Shown here: piece by piece, positions 34,347 to 46,371 of the stretch
Numbering within the stretch: the stretch's first letter is position 1
How the letters are laid out: every line of letters begins with the position of its first letter
The notes under the pieces: generated by a model
Told to the model about the DNA's origin: nothing
The model's input: only the letters and a program-made list of their open reading frames with translations
Databases searched by the model: none
Program-made: the position numbers and the translations under genes
Assembly (NCBI GenBank): GCA_001662655.1
Contig: KV460247.1
Strand: one strand, 5' to 3'
From: Pseudogymnoascus verrucosus
Lineage: Eukaryota
Length of the DNA stretch: 64,000 nucleotides

Positions 34347-35998
34347 TTAATTCCCATCCACCCTCCAGAACTTCCAGCTCTCCCTTTCCCCATCCTTGCC
34401 ATGCACACCCACCAGCCTCTCAACGCCTTCATTACCCACCGCATTCAAGAACTTCTCCTGGTCGATCTCGACACCCCCCTCATCATCCTCGTCGGTCCCG
34501 TTCTTCAGAACCGCGGGCCACAGAACTCCAACGCCGTCGCCGCCGAGCGTGGTTTCGAACTTCTCGTATCCTTCATCATCAAGGTCTTGCTCCAGCTGAC
34601 GAAGCCTCTCCTTTGATACATCTGGTTTCAGAAGCGTGATGGCGCACCCTCCGCCGCCAGCGCCAGTGAGCTTTGTCCATCCAATGCCCGCATGATCGAC
34701 CAGCTCTCGTACTCTCTCAAGTCTGGGGTGCGAAACACCCAGGGCAACGAGTAAACCATGGTTGATAGTCATCATCTTGCCCAGATGCGCCTGTCCAGCC
34801 TCCTCATCGTCATCGTACTGCTCGCTTGTAATCAGATTCGCCGCGCTGATGGTGACCTGATCGATCGCGTTTAAGATCGCTCCAGTGACTTCGGGATGCA
34901 CCTTCTTAAGATCGCCCACCTTGGCAACCTCGGCCTTCGTAGACTTAGGCTGCTTGGTATCGACTAAGAGGAGGGGTAGCTCTGGGAAGTTCCAGAGCGG
35001 AGTGACGACTGGTGGTTTGCTGTAGTCGGAGCGCTGGAAGACGACGGCTTTTCCTTGCGTCGCGACGGTGTTGTCGACGCCAGATGGGTTGCCGTGAATG
35101 CACATCTCGCATACGAACGCCCATCTGTTTATTCTTTCGACCTGGAGGAGGGCTTCCGCAGTAGGCTGGTCGGGGTGAGGGCCAGAGAGTGTGCGTATCT
35201 GGAGAAGCAGAGCAGACGACAGGCAAACAGATATCGAAGCGCTGCTTCCTAGCCCTGCTCCTATTGGTAGGGTTGATCGAAGTGTATATAGGCAGCCGTT
35301 GAATGATTGCGATCCAAGCGAGAGGAAAATATATAAGAATGCGGAGGCTGAATTTTGGTGCACCTTGCGAACTTCATCTGGTGCCCCTGGCGAGACATTG
35401 GCGAGGTGTGGCTTCATGGCAGCGACAAGCTCGGGGTCGAGCTCTGTCACCAGGTCGTAGTAGTACTTCTTTTTTGAAGGGTGCGAAAATGTGCTCCATG
35501 GGAGGTCATCGATGTTCCAGGTATGTGATAAATTGATGTCTGGGAATCGCAGAGAGATTGTTCGCCTCGATTTTGAAAGGGATGTCACGAGAAGGTATGA
35601 ACGGAGAGAGATCGCAGCAGCTATAGCGGCCTGGTACGTAGTGTTAGAAATATGTGTGTTGTCAGTAGTAAGTTGAGACGAACCTTTCCATGCACCACGG
35701 CGTGTTCCCCAAACACAATAACTTTTCCAGGTGCAGAAACCATGAAAGCAGGCATCATGGGAGAGGAAGCCTTGCGGCCATGTACCGTGCGACTCTTGGG
35801 CTTCCCCCCATCGCCATTGATCTGTACACGTCTCACACCCTCTCCCAAGTCCTCGAGGTTGGAAGGCATATCGGAGGTAGGGGATAGCGAGGGAGTGCTG
35901 GAGGTGGGAGTAGTGATGATGTGACTAATTGAGCTTGATCTGGAGGAGTTTCTGCGGGGTCTGGTCTCCAAATATCTGGTAGAGTCGCTGTTCATCAT
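34347..35998 (-). CDS. ERG12: Mevalonate kinase; intron ~35683-35633; start ATG uncertain
   Basis: GHMP kinase motifs SAPGKVIVFGEHAVVHG, LPIGAGLGSSA, HGNPSGVDN and KLTGAGGGGC. Confidence 0.95.
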
Positions 35999-37216
35999 CT
36001 CACAACCTGCATGGCGTGAAAGGAGGTCGTCGTTGTGGTGGTAGAGGTGGTGGTGGTGGGGGAATTTTGGGGGTGGGAGTAAACTGGGGAAATGGCAGAT
36101 GGGGATGTGTGATGGGATGGGATGAATCTTTGGGTGTGGTCATCTACATTTGGTTAAGGCAGGCTCGAATCACGGCGGGTGGAATATCCGGTCATCTGGG
36201 GGTTCTCTAGTGGTTCTAATTGGGGACTCGTCAATTGGCCCCAGCGCATCCCAAGCCTCAGTGCCTGGCATTGGTAGCGCGTCGTACTTGTGCCCCTAAG
36301 GGATTAGCGGATTAAATAGGACCCGTCCCCTAGAACAATGTGACCGATGTGACCGTTGTGTGGTAGATTGGACGGAAAGGGCTGGGATGGGCTGGGATAG
36401 GCTGAGGAATGGCTGGGATTCAGTGGCAAGGTGCCGACGATGCGGTCTCAAATCTCCAAAATACCCCAATTACTGTACATCCCGCCACCAAAAAGTATCG
36501 TGCGCCAATACTCCAATTGTGGTTATTTCGTGGGGTAAGTAAGTCATGAACCTAGGAGGGACAAAGGGACAAAGGGACACAAAGGGACAAAGGAAAATCT
36601 ACCGCCACCAAACCAAAAACTCATTCCAGAGTCTTCAGCACCAGAAGGGATATTCAAAGAAACCAATATGTGGTTGCAGCTTTACGCTTTAAAGCATCGT
36701 GAGGTTCCTCTCTCTGGTGTTTCTGGCTGTATCTGGTGTATCCGGTGTATCTGGCGTTAAATATCCAAGTATTACAATGATGGGCGCCCTACAATAGGAT
36801 GAAACTTTAGTGGCAATACTTAACTTTACGATCTACTCCTCTAACTAACTCCGTGGACTCCGCTGATTCCGTAGACTCCGAAGTATGTATGTACTGTACT
36901 GTACATTCCGTCCCACTCTTGGATAATCAATCAGAGTCAACCAACAAAGCCGCTCCGGCACCGCCTCAGGTACGACGCGTAAACTTGTGGGCTGTGTCAG
37001 TCATGTCGGATGCACGACAGTGAAAAATGAACTGTTCATTGTTACACATATTTTGCATATTTGTCTTCCTGCATCATTTTTTAATCTAGAGACGCATCAG
37101 CGAGGACGACATAACGAGTTATCCCATCCGATGATAGTCTTACCCCTGAAGCCCGTTTGACAAGCCAACAAAGATCCGTCTCACTTGAGCCGTCCCCATC
37201 ACCACCGCCACCCGCC

Positions 37217-37918
37217 ATGCCCGCCGACGCCCCTCCGCAATTCACGCTTTTCCCCCTCCTCCCGGCAGAACTCAGGGTCAAGATATGGCAAACTGCCCTT
37301 TTCGAGCGCAATTCCATCGTGGAACTCCGCGTTATCAACGATGCGATTATCCCTAAATCGCGCCCTTCTATCGTTCTTCGCATTAATCAAGAATCAAGAT
37401 ACGAGGCGTTTAGGGCTTTGAAGGCTCTCTCAGACAGTCTGTCCTTCTCTAAAGATGGGGAAGCACAGAACCAACTGTATCTCTTGCCAGAACGAGATAC
37501 CATCTACTTCAGCAATGACTATCAGTTCGTAAGCCCATCGACCGTTCAGTGCAAGATGGCAGGTATGGCGGGGACCCTGTCGTTACTTGCTGCATCCTTG
37601 TCCGAGATCGAGAGGGCCAAGATCCAGACTCTGGCTATTGACATTTACGAGTGGTCAGAGGTTGACCACATAAGGGAGATACTACAACAGCTCATTCCAT
37701 TTGAAGGGTTGAAGACTCTCGTTGTAGTGATGAGGGATCCGGTGGAGGAAAAGAAGTCCGGCGGTGGCGACAGGATATTTGTCGACTGGCCTTGGAGCCA
37801 GAGAAAGCCAGCCTACGACCTACAGACGAAGTTATGGAAAATGTCTAGGAGCACATTACGATATAATCCCCAGTGGAAGGAACCTGTTGTACAGTTGGTA
37901 TGCCTAGGAGGAAACTGA
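37217..37918 (+). CDS. 2EXR-domain protein
   Basis: FTLFPLLPAELRVKIW...LRINQESRYEA...PERDTIYF is the 2EXR signature; GCCATG start at 37217. Confidence 0.85.
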   Translation: MPADAPPQFTLFPLLPAELRVKIWQTALFERNSIVELRVINDAIIPKSRPSIVLRINQESRYEAFRALKALSDSLSFSKDGEAQNQLYLLPERDTIYFSNDYQFVSPSTVQCKMAGMAGTLSLLAASLSEIERAKIQTLAIDIYEWSEVDHIREILQQLIPFEGLKTLVVVMRDPVEEKKSGGGDRIFVDWPWSQRKPAYDLQTKLWKMSRSTLRYNPQWKEPVVQLVCLGGN

Positions 37919-38177
37919 TGGACACTGGAATAGTTTTTTTTACTTCAATGATTCCCCAATAGATAGCAAGCTTAAATAAATGTATTTTTGGATTTCAGGT
38001 ACAAGACTCCACCCAAGACCGGGCAAGCAAGGCGCGCTCGGTAAACGCCTTTTGGCGCGCCACTTAGCCGTAGAGGACATGTTGCCGTCCCGCCGACGCG
38101 CCTGGGTTAAGCTTGATACAAGAAAAGGTGCCCCATCGTGAAAGCACCCTTCCTTCCATCATCACGACACCGTCAAG

Positions 38178-39719
38178 ATGGATATTCTACAGGTATCTTC
38201 TGCCGCCCACTCAACTGACTTTGATGGGCCATGCTGATAAATTGTAGCGCCTGGCACATTTCTTGGATAGGCCACTGTTCCCATGGAAGAAGCTTATAGT
38301 GGGCTTCTCCCTTGCACAGTACCTTTTCGAAAGCTACCTCTCCCTCCGTCAATACCAGGTCTTGAAGAACACTAGACCACCCAAGGTTCTCTCCAACGAG
38401 GTCTCCCAGGAGGTCTTTGATAAATCCCAGGTTCGCCCGCTCCACCCCACTTGCAATTTATCACCATGCTAACCATACCCGAAGGCATACGGACGCGCAA
38501 AGGCGCAGTTCAGCTTCGTCTCTTCTCTCTACGGCCAAATCCAAAACACTGCTTTCATCTACTACGATATTCTCCCGAAACTCTGGACCTTGACTGGATC
38601 ATGGCTCCTTCGATTCGCACCGACCCGCTTCTCCGGCGAGATCTCTCACTCGATCGTCTTCGTCCTTACATTTATCATCATCCAACAAGTTCTTTCGCTA
38701 CCTACTTCGATCTACAGCACATTTGTCTTGGAGGAGAAATTTGGCTTCAACAAGCAGACGCCTAAGGTCTTCGTTACCGATATCTTGAAATCTCAGATGC
38801 TGGCGTTCATCCTTGCCCCACCTATCCTTGCCGGTTTCCTCAAGATCGTCCAGAAGACTGGCAACCAGTTCTTCTACTACCTCTGGCTATTCGGAGCCGC
38901 ACTCCAGGTTTTCATGATCACCGTCTACCCAATCACCATCCTGCCACTCTTCAACAAGCTCTCGCCTTTGGACCCAGGAGCACTCAAGACCGGCGTCGAA
39001 GGCTTGGCACAGCGCCTCAACTTCCCTCTCAAGGAGCTCTACGTTATCGATGGAAGCAAGAGAAGCGCCCACAGCAACGCCTACTTCTTCGGTCTGCCAT
39101 GGAAGAAGCACATCGTCATCTACGACACCCTCATCGAGAAGAGTGAAACCGAGGAGGTCGTGGCCGTTCTCGCACACGAGCTCGGCCACTGGAGCCTTGG
39201 TCACACGACACGTCTATTCGCGATCTCACAGGTATGCATGCCAGACAAATTACTTCAAGTGGAAACATATTAACAAGTAATTCCCAGGTCCACTTCTTCT
39301 ACATCTTCTCCCTCTTCTCCGTCTTCATCAACAACAAATCCCTCTACCGCTCCTTCGGCTTCCACACCTCAATGCCCATCATCATCGGCTTCATCCTCTT
39401 CTCCGACGCGCTCGCGCCCATGGACACCGTGATCAAGCTACTAATGAACATCCTCTCGCGGCGCTACGAGTTCCAAGCCGACGAGTTCGCGCAGAAGCTC
39501 GGCTACAGCACCGAGCTCGCAAAGTCCCTCATCAAGCTCCAGATCCAGAACCTGAGCACCATGGACGCCGACTGGATGTACGCCACGTACCACTTCAGCC
39601 ACCCGATCCTGAGCGAGAGGCTGGGCGCGCTGGGGTGGCATGGCGATAGGAGCGGGGAGAGCGTGGTGGATGAGAAGAATGATGGTGCGGTGAAGGCGAG
39701 CGGACGCGACGAGTTGTAA
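38178..39719 (+). CDS. STE24: CaaX prenyl protease 1 (Ste24/Zmpste24, peptidase M48); exons ~38178-38192, 38248-38430, ~38485-39231, ~39288-39719
   Basis: EEKFGFNKQT, DGSKRSAHSNAYF, zinc motif HELGH, EFQAD and HFSHPILSERL; multiple TM segments. Confidence 0.96.
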
Positions 39720-39934
39720 GGGTCGTAGGGTTGTAAAAGCTGTGCAAACACAGCGCGCGCACGCACCGCGCAGATAGAGAAGGAGGAGGAGGGGCGCGAG
39801 GAAGGAAGGAGCGCCGCCTTCTTTGAAGCGAGAATTAAAAAAAATGTTGTCCTTCACGCCGCTCCCATTCATTCTCCCTTGGTGACCACCCCCGCAAATG
39901 TCGTAATATCCAACCCATGAAGCCGCAAACACAC

Positions 39935-40489
39935 TCACGCACTAGCCCCCTTCCTCGCCTTCTCCGCCTTCTCCCTCTTCAGCGCCTTCTCCTTCTCCTT
40001 CTTATCCCTCTTCCTCGCCTCCTTGTCCTGTTTCCCCCCCGCCGCCTCACTCGCCTTCACCTCCACCGCCTCCTTTACTCCCTCCTCACTCGCCACCACC
40101 GTCTCCCCTCCCAGCTCCCCAACCTCAACACTCTGCTCCCTCTGATACTCATCCAGATCCTGCCACCCATCCGTCCCCATCTCCGCGTCCCCCTTCTCCT
40201 CGCCATTGACAACGGCAGCGGCAGCGGCACCGGATTCTTCGAGATCAAGCACGGGCGCTAACCACTCCCCGCGTAAACCGGCTTCGACGCGGCGTAAGTG
40301 CTGCATGGTGAGGTTGGAGGCTGCGTCGGAAGGGGCGATGGGACCGGTGGGTTGGAGGGTCGCGTTGGGGAGGAGGGAGGGGGTGGTGGTGGCGGCGGTG
40401 AGGTAGGTGGTTAGGTGGGTGAGGGCGAGGGAGGGGGGGATGGGGTGGGAGGGCTTGGAGTGGTGGGGGGGGAAGGAGGTGGTGGACAT
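39935..40489 (-). CDS. 184-aa uncharacterised protein, candidate RNA polymerase I A14 (Rpa14/Ker1)-like subunit
   Basis: Intact ORF with AAAATG start; two predicted helices (LALTHLTTYL; LTMQHLRRVEAGLRG) and a Lys/Glu-rich tail. The gene call is fairly solid; the function is inference. Confidence 0.7.
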   Translation of the reverse strand: MSTTSFPPHHSKPSHPIPPSLALTHLTTYLTAATTTPSLLPNATLQPTGPIAPSDAASNLTMQHLRRVEAGLRGEWLAPVLDLEESGAAAAAVVNGEEKGDAEMGTDGWQDLDEYQREQSVEVGELGGETVVASEEGVKEAVEVKASEAAGGKQDKEARKRDKKEKEKALKREKAEKARKGASA

Positions 40490-40874
40490 TTTTTGGCTGT
40501 GGTGGTGGTTGTGGTGGTTGCGCCGGTAGGTATCTTGGTATTGGTGTTTGGAGTTCGGAGTTGAGGGTTGTGGTTATGTCTGTGTGCGATTGTAGATGTG
40601 TATATTTACTTCGTCTGTACCCAGCGCAAGAATTGACTCTTTGAAAATAAAGTAGTTGCTCGACCTGCCCTTATCGCAAGAAAAAAAATCGAGGGTTGCG
40701 GATTGGAGAGCTCGGGGACATTTTGGCTCAAGAAATTATTTGGCAAGCGGAACCTACTCCGCTAGCGCGGATTGGAATTTGGCTGCCGACGAGAACATCA
40801 CGTTCCAACCTTCAAACACCAGTATCAAGCCAAACGTCTCGCTGCGTCTGCGCAACAACACGTCACTTGACACC

Positions 40875-41397
40875 ATGCTGTCCCTACGCTGTTCACGAGG
40901 CGTTACTGCGGCTTTGAAGCCGGTTATGCAGGCGAAGGCTGTTAAATCCGTGGCTCCTCAAGCTTCGAGGTCCGTCTACACCCTCCCTCCCTTCCCTTTC
41001 ACCTTGAGCCGCACCAGCAACCACCGATGCTCTATGCTATTCAATAATACTAACCCCCCGCAACAGAACCTTCAGCATCCTCACCCCCCTCCGCCCCTCC
41101 CTGCAACCCCGCGCCCTCGCCCGCGCGCCTACCTCCGTCTCCTCCTCCGCCGCCATCGACACCACCACAACCACCACCAGCGCGTCCAGCAGCGAGATCC
41201 TCGACCTCCTTCCGAAAATCAGCACGCACCCCTCTCTAGCGGGTATTCAAGTGCGTTGCGGGCCGAGGAATACGTTTAGTCCGTCGCATTTTGTGAGGAA
41301 GAGGAGGCATGGGTTTTTGTCGAGGGTGAGGACGAGGAAGGGGAGGGCGACGCTGCAGAGGAGGAAGAGTAAGAATAGGAGTACTTTGAGTCATTAG
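40875..41397 (+). CDS. Mitochondrial ribosomal protein bL34m; exons 40875-40969, 41067-41397
   Basis: Presequence-like N-terminus; spliced C-terminus GPRNTFSPSHFVRKRRHGFLSRVRTRKGRATLQRRKSKNRSTLSH is the L34 signature. Confidence 0.93.
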
Positions 41398-41540
41398 AGG
41401 AGGGGAGGGGAAGGGATATTGAAGGAAGAGGGGAGGGGTGGAGTGGATAAAAGTGTTGGGGGAAAGGGAGGGAGAAGGAAAAGGTGGTGGTGGTTGTACG
41501 ATTTTTTGGAGGGTGTGTAGTGTATGTGTATACTTATGGG

Positions 41541-42170
41541 TTGGGGCATAGATATTGGGAAACAAAACAGAATGAAGGAACAATATACTCTCAACGAGCA
41601 TGTTTCCTACAGTTATATCCCTTGTCACTGAACTGTGAGATGTCGTCCAGAAGAGCAGTAGCAAACTGGCCAAGAACGAGGTGTACCGGGTCTTACGGTG
41701 GGATATTGGAGCATAGATTGGGAAACAAAAGAGAATGTGGAACAATATCCTGCCAATGAGCATATTTGCAGCTTCTCTCTTCCACTGCTCAGTCAATTGC
41801 AAGATGTCGTCTAGAAGTTAAGCAGCACATTGGCCAAGGACGAAGTGTACGAGATCTTGCGGTGGGATATTGAGGGTATATGTATTGGGAAACAACAGAG
41901 AAGGAAGGGAAAATACACTGTCAATGAGCATATTTCCAACTACTCTCTTCCACTACTTAGTATATTGTAAGATGTTGTCTAGAGGAACAGTAGCAAACTG
42001 ACCCACGGACGAAGTGACGGGGTCTTGTGATGGGATATGGGGGCGTAGAGAAACAAAACAGAATGAAGAAACAATATACTCTCAACGAGCATGTTTCCTA
42101 CAGCGTTCTTTCACTTGCCACTGGATGGTAAGATGTCGTCCAGAAGAGACAACACCAGCAAACCAGCCAA
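41541..42170. repeat. Degenerate tandem array, ~165-bp unit x ~3.8
   Basis: Units start at about 41541, 41706, 41870 and 42038. They share GAAACAA, CAAYGAGCATRTTT and AGATGTYGTCYAGA, and the first three end in GGGATA. Confidence 0.9.
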
Positions 42171-45100
42171 GCCCAACCCCCATCTCCACCCTCAAAAATA
42201 ACGAGCGAGCACACACAAAACATGCGGCTCTTCCCCAACCTCCCCTTCCCACCCAATAGCTCTCCCCAGCAAAGCCACGACCCGTGTCCGCCCTGAAATC
42301 AGGTCCGCCCATGAAATTACCTGCCTACTTCACCTCCACGATTTCCCACATGGCAAATGGCACCATCATCTCCCGTCCGTCCGTTCCTCCCTAGTTTGGC
42401 TCAGACCCTCCAAAGCGGGCTCCCCAAAATCCAATAGCTTGGAGACTAGCGGCGATAAATATGGAATGGCAGCCGCCTACGTCTATGTCCGAGTGATGTG
42501 CATCTCAGCAGTTCAAGGGGATGGGGGCCAAGAAGAGGGAAGGTCTGTGGCGATTTGATGTTTCTTTCGGCCAATAATTCTCCGACTAGCGGGCTCGGCC
42601 GCGAGGGGGGGATAGGGGTCAGACTACATGGTTACTATGGAGGGGTTTGGAGAGATTCTCAATAGTTTGACAGCTAATATCAATACCATGTTTTTGGCAA
42701 TAGACGCCGCTGCCTGCAATGATTGAGCGGGGCATCAGTGTGGTGAGGAGTAGTATTCCAGAAAATCCCACAGTGGATCAAACGTATTTTATTGTGACGT
42801 CCCCCCCACCTCCGATACCACCGTCCCCAAACCTCAGACATTCCACGGCTTCGAATCCCATTTCAGGAAGGCAGAGCAGAGGAGGGAATCCCTCAGAGAC
42901 AAAGAAGGAACAAAGAGGACCCCGGATATCGATGGGAAATCGATATATCCGCCTCCACCCACTGCCGATCGGTGTGGCGCGCAGAGCAATATAAGCTTGA
43001 TCTACACATCTCGGAGCTGGATGATGCAAGGAGTAGAGTAGGGAGATACATTGATGATGGGAGGGGATAGGAACAGGACAGGACAGGGTCAGACATCGGC
43101 CCTCTCAGGGGTCTCCTCGGGGGAACAGATAGGCCGTTATGGTATGTGAGGAGGGGAGGGGTGGAAAGGTCAGGGCCCGCGGCGGCCAGAATGTCGGCCT
43201 TGTATGGGGCGGGGGCAACTTTCCTTTCTCTTCAGCAGCGTACAAGACGTGCCACAGGCTAGGATATGGTATGATACTCAAATCCCCCAAGTGTCACGAA
43301 TGTCACGTCCGGAGTCTCGGAGTCCAGTCAGTTCGCTGGGGTAGGTAGGATCGCAGGTCCTCCTCCTCTCATCCCATCCACTCGTTCATAAAGCTATGGC
43401 GAACTACTAATCTTATATAGTTGCGCACGGAAATATAAGATATGGTGTAGGGGACTGTGCCCATCGCGGGCTTCGAGAACAATTTTTTCGGGGGGTTTTT
43501 GCATTGAACATACGATGGTATGGTATACTCCTACTACAACTGGTGCTACCCCCCATGAATTGTTGCGTGCCCCACTTCACCCCTTTTTCTGATCCCGGCT
43601 GGAGATCGCTGGGCGCCGCTGGGCGCTGGGCGTGGCGGCGGTGGTGGGAGGTGCGTGCGGTGGGCGGTGGTGGTGGGTGGGTGATGCACGTCAATATAGG
43701 AAAGTAAGTACGGGGGTTGTCTGTGTTTGAAGTACTCGCTCGGCTTTGTAAACCATGTCGTATACAGTACCCATCTATCAAACGAACGGGAGTCAGTTGT
43801 CCTACCCTCCCTCTCCTTACTCCTCAACTACCGTTCTGCCAGCATCTGCCAGCATCTGCCAGCATCTGACATCTGCGGAAACGCCATGTCGTGCAAGAGT
43901 CATGTACTGTACTGTACCTCGGTGTGTGGTGATGTATGTGGTGATGACCGAAAATACGAGGCGAATGCTGTAAGACAACAGTGTTTCAAGATTGGGGCTG
44001 GGCTTGGCTGGCTGGCTAGGAGGGGGGAGGGTGTAGCCTTTTCTGGATCGGCCCTTGTTTTTTTGGGGGGGGGGCGGCGAAAGAACTCTCAGACACTTTT
44101 ATTTTAGAATTTCTTAGATGGAGGGAGGGCTGATGGAGACGGTGGTTTGGGTTTGGATCAGGTTTGGTTTTACACCCCCCACCCCCCCCCCCTTTTTTTT
44201 TGAGGGCATTAATGGTGCATTCGTTATTGTCATGTATGTATGGTGAGGTGGTTTGAGGTTTAGAGTTTGGGGTTTTGAGATAGTGGAGGAGGGGGGTTTC
44301 ATGTGATGTGATGGGAGATGGGTGGGTATGTTTTGTACCTGACAGTTTGGTTTGTGAGAGGGACGACAAACAGATGTGAGATGTACGTACACTACAGGAA
44401 GTGGTATATCGTAATTGACGAGCTGGAGCTCAGCTGAAGCCTTTCGCATCCTCCATCCTCTGTATGTCCGTTCTCGGCGTAGTAGTATGGTATGGTATGT
44501 ATGTGTAGTCTGCCTCCGGTCAAGGAGAGGGAACCATTATTCCGATGGAGAGGATGAGTGAGCGACTTACTCGCATAGGACGGAATCCGAAGTCAGTTTT
44601 GGTTTTGTTACTGTATACGTATCTATCTATCTATTCTCCCTTCTGTATCAAGAGTAACTGCCTGTATCTATCTATACTCCCTTCTATATGAGCGGGCATC
44701 ACGAAACTTCTATACTCCCTTCTCTATGAACGGGCATCACGAAACTTCATCTACTCGCTCGTCACACTCCTCACACCCCTCCCTCACTCCTAACTCACTC
44801 CCTTGCAAATTCCACGTCAGAAACTCACCCACAACCCATATAGCATAGAGAACAATGAACCAGGAACAGAAACACACACACGCCCACAACCGTTAGCATA
44901 GCCAACAATGAACCAGGAACAAGAAACAGAAACAATAAAACCTAGAATAACACTACCGTGCATGATTCTCTCTTGTTAGTACAGTAGTCTGGCTTCAGGG
45001 CGTCTAAAAGCGTTATCACACCGCACCGTTGCATCAAACACACAAGTACCGTACCTTGCTTGCTTTGCCTGTTCGGTAGTGCATAGTACCTTTGATCCTT

Positions 45101-46371
45101 TATGATCCTTATGATCCTATGATCGTCTAATCCTATGAGCTGGTATTGTCCTGTGCAGCAGTGGAAATATACAGAGTACATACGAAACTACCTATACAAT
45201 GGCTTACGGAAGCGCCGTCTCTCCGTCCCCTTCACCCTCAGGAGATCGCCATTGTTCCCCATCACAAATCACACCCCCGAATACGCCCCCCCCCAACACC
45301 CTATTTAGTGACTTCTCATTTGTATGTAACACACCATATAACAGCAAGTACACCACCACCAACATCCCAGTCTTTTATCCCCCGGCCACTAAACTAAATT
45401 TGCCTTTCGTGCTTTAACTGCATGCGCCCCTGTCCTATCGGCAATCAACGAACATCAACTAAAAACCCTTAGCGCCCTTTCTCCAACAACCTATTCGTTT
45501 TCTTACCCACCGACCACCACCGACCACCACCGTCCACCACCAACCACCGACATATCACTAAAACCACTAAACTGCCACCCCCATCGCACCCTAACACCAC
45601 CCTAACCACCCTAAACCACTCTGACCCTTTCCCACCCTTTCACCCTCCACCCTTCCACATTTCCACCCTTCCACCACATCCATACCCCATCGTCCGGTCC
45701 ACCAATCCACCAATCCATCAATCCACCAATCCACAACCACTCACACCACCACTCAAACTCCCCTTTACACCTTTACTACCACCACTACCCACCACTACCA
45801 CCCATCACGAACTCTCTCTCCCTCCTTTCACAATTCAATCCCAACTTTTGCTCACTCAGCTGTTGGCTTACACATTCACAAACTATACAGTTCTTCTTTC
45901 TCCCTCAGCCACGGCCACTTCAATCTTGACCTTCAATCAAAAACCCGCCATCGCTGTTGTGGACAACGACGACAAACAATAAAATCTCTCTTTCCGTGGT
46001 ACGTCAATTTCCCCTTCAGCGTCCTTAGTCTCGGGTAGTGCGGGTCGCTATTACCTATCTGGGCCTGTTTGATTTCGCTTGCCCAGCGACAAGGAGCTTC
46101 CTTCGGACATCCACCTTTTTGTTCTTTCGTTGTACACTTCCTGTCAACCAGCGCTTCTTCACGGTGTGGATGAGTTTGGCGATATATTCATCGCGTTCAT
46201 AATAATACCACAAAGACTTTTGGTCGCGCCTTACTAACACCTCATCTCATCAACAGCCACCACCACGACCTCCTTTCGCCCCCGACTTCCACAGTCACAT
46301 CCCACGACAAACATTGCTCCCTTCAATCATCAACACCAACACAGTGATCACCGCAAGGGACATCAGCCACG

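Noticed and set aside
36000..37150. Search for an a-factor-like pheromone precursor beside RAM2/STE24
   Set aside because: I saw no short ATG-initiated ORF ending in CaaX by eye, only short GGGACAAA repeats. The search was not exhaustive; a scan of all ORFs under 60 aa would settle it.
41541..42170. CRISPR-like reading of the tandem array
   Set aside because: Eukaryotic context, whole units are homologous with no unique spacers, and there are no cas genes.
45560..45625. CCCTAA-like words suggesting telomeric repeats or a telomerase RNA template
   Set aside because: There is no tandem TTAGGG array and no exact TAACCCTAA template; it is part of a general C/A-rich low-complexity tract.
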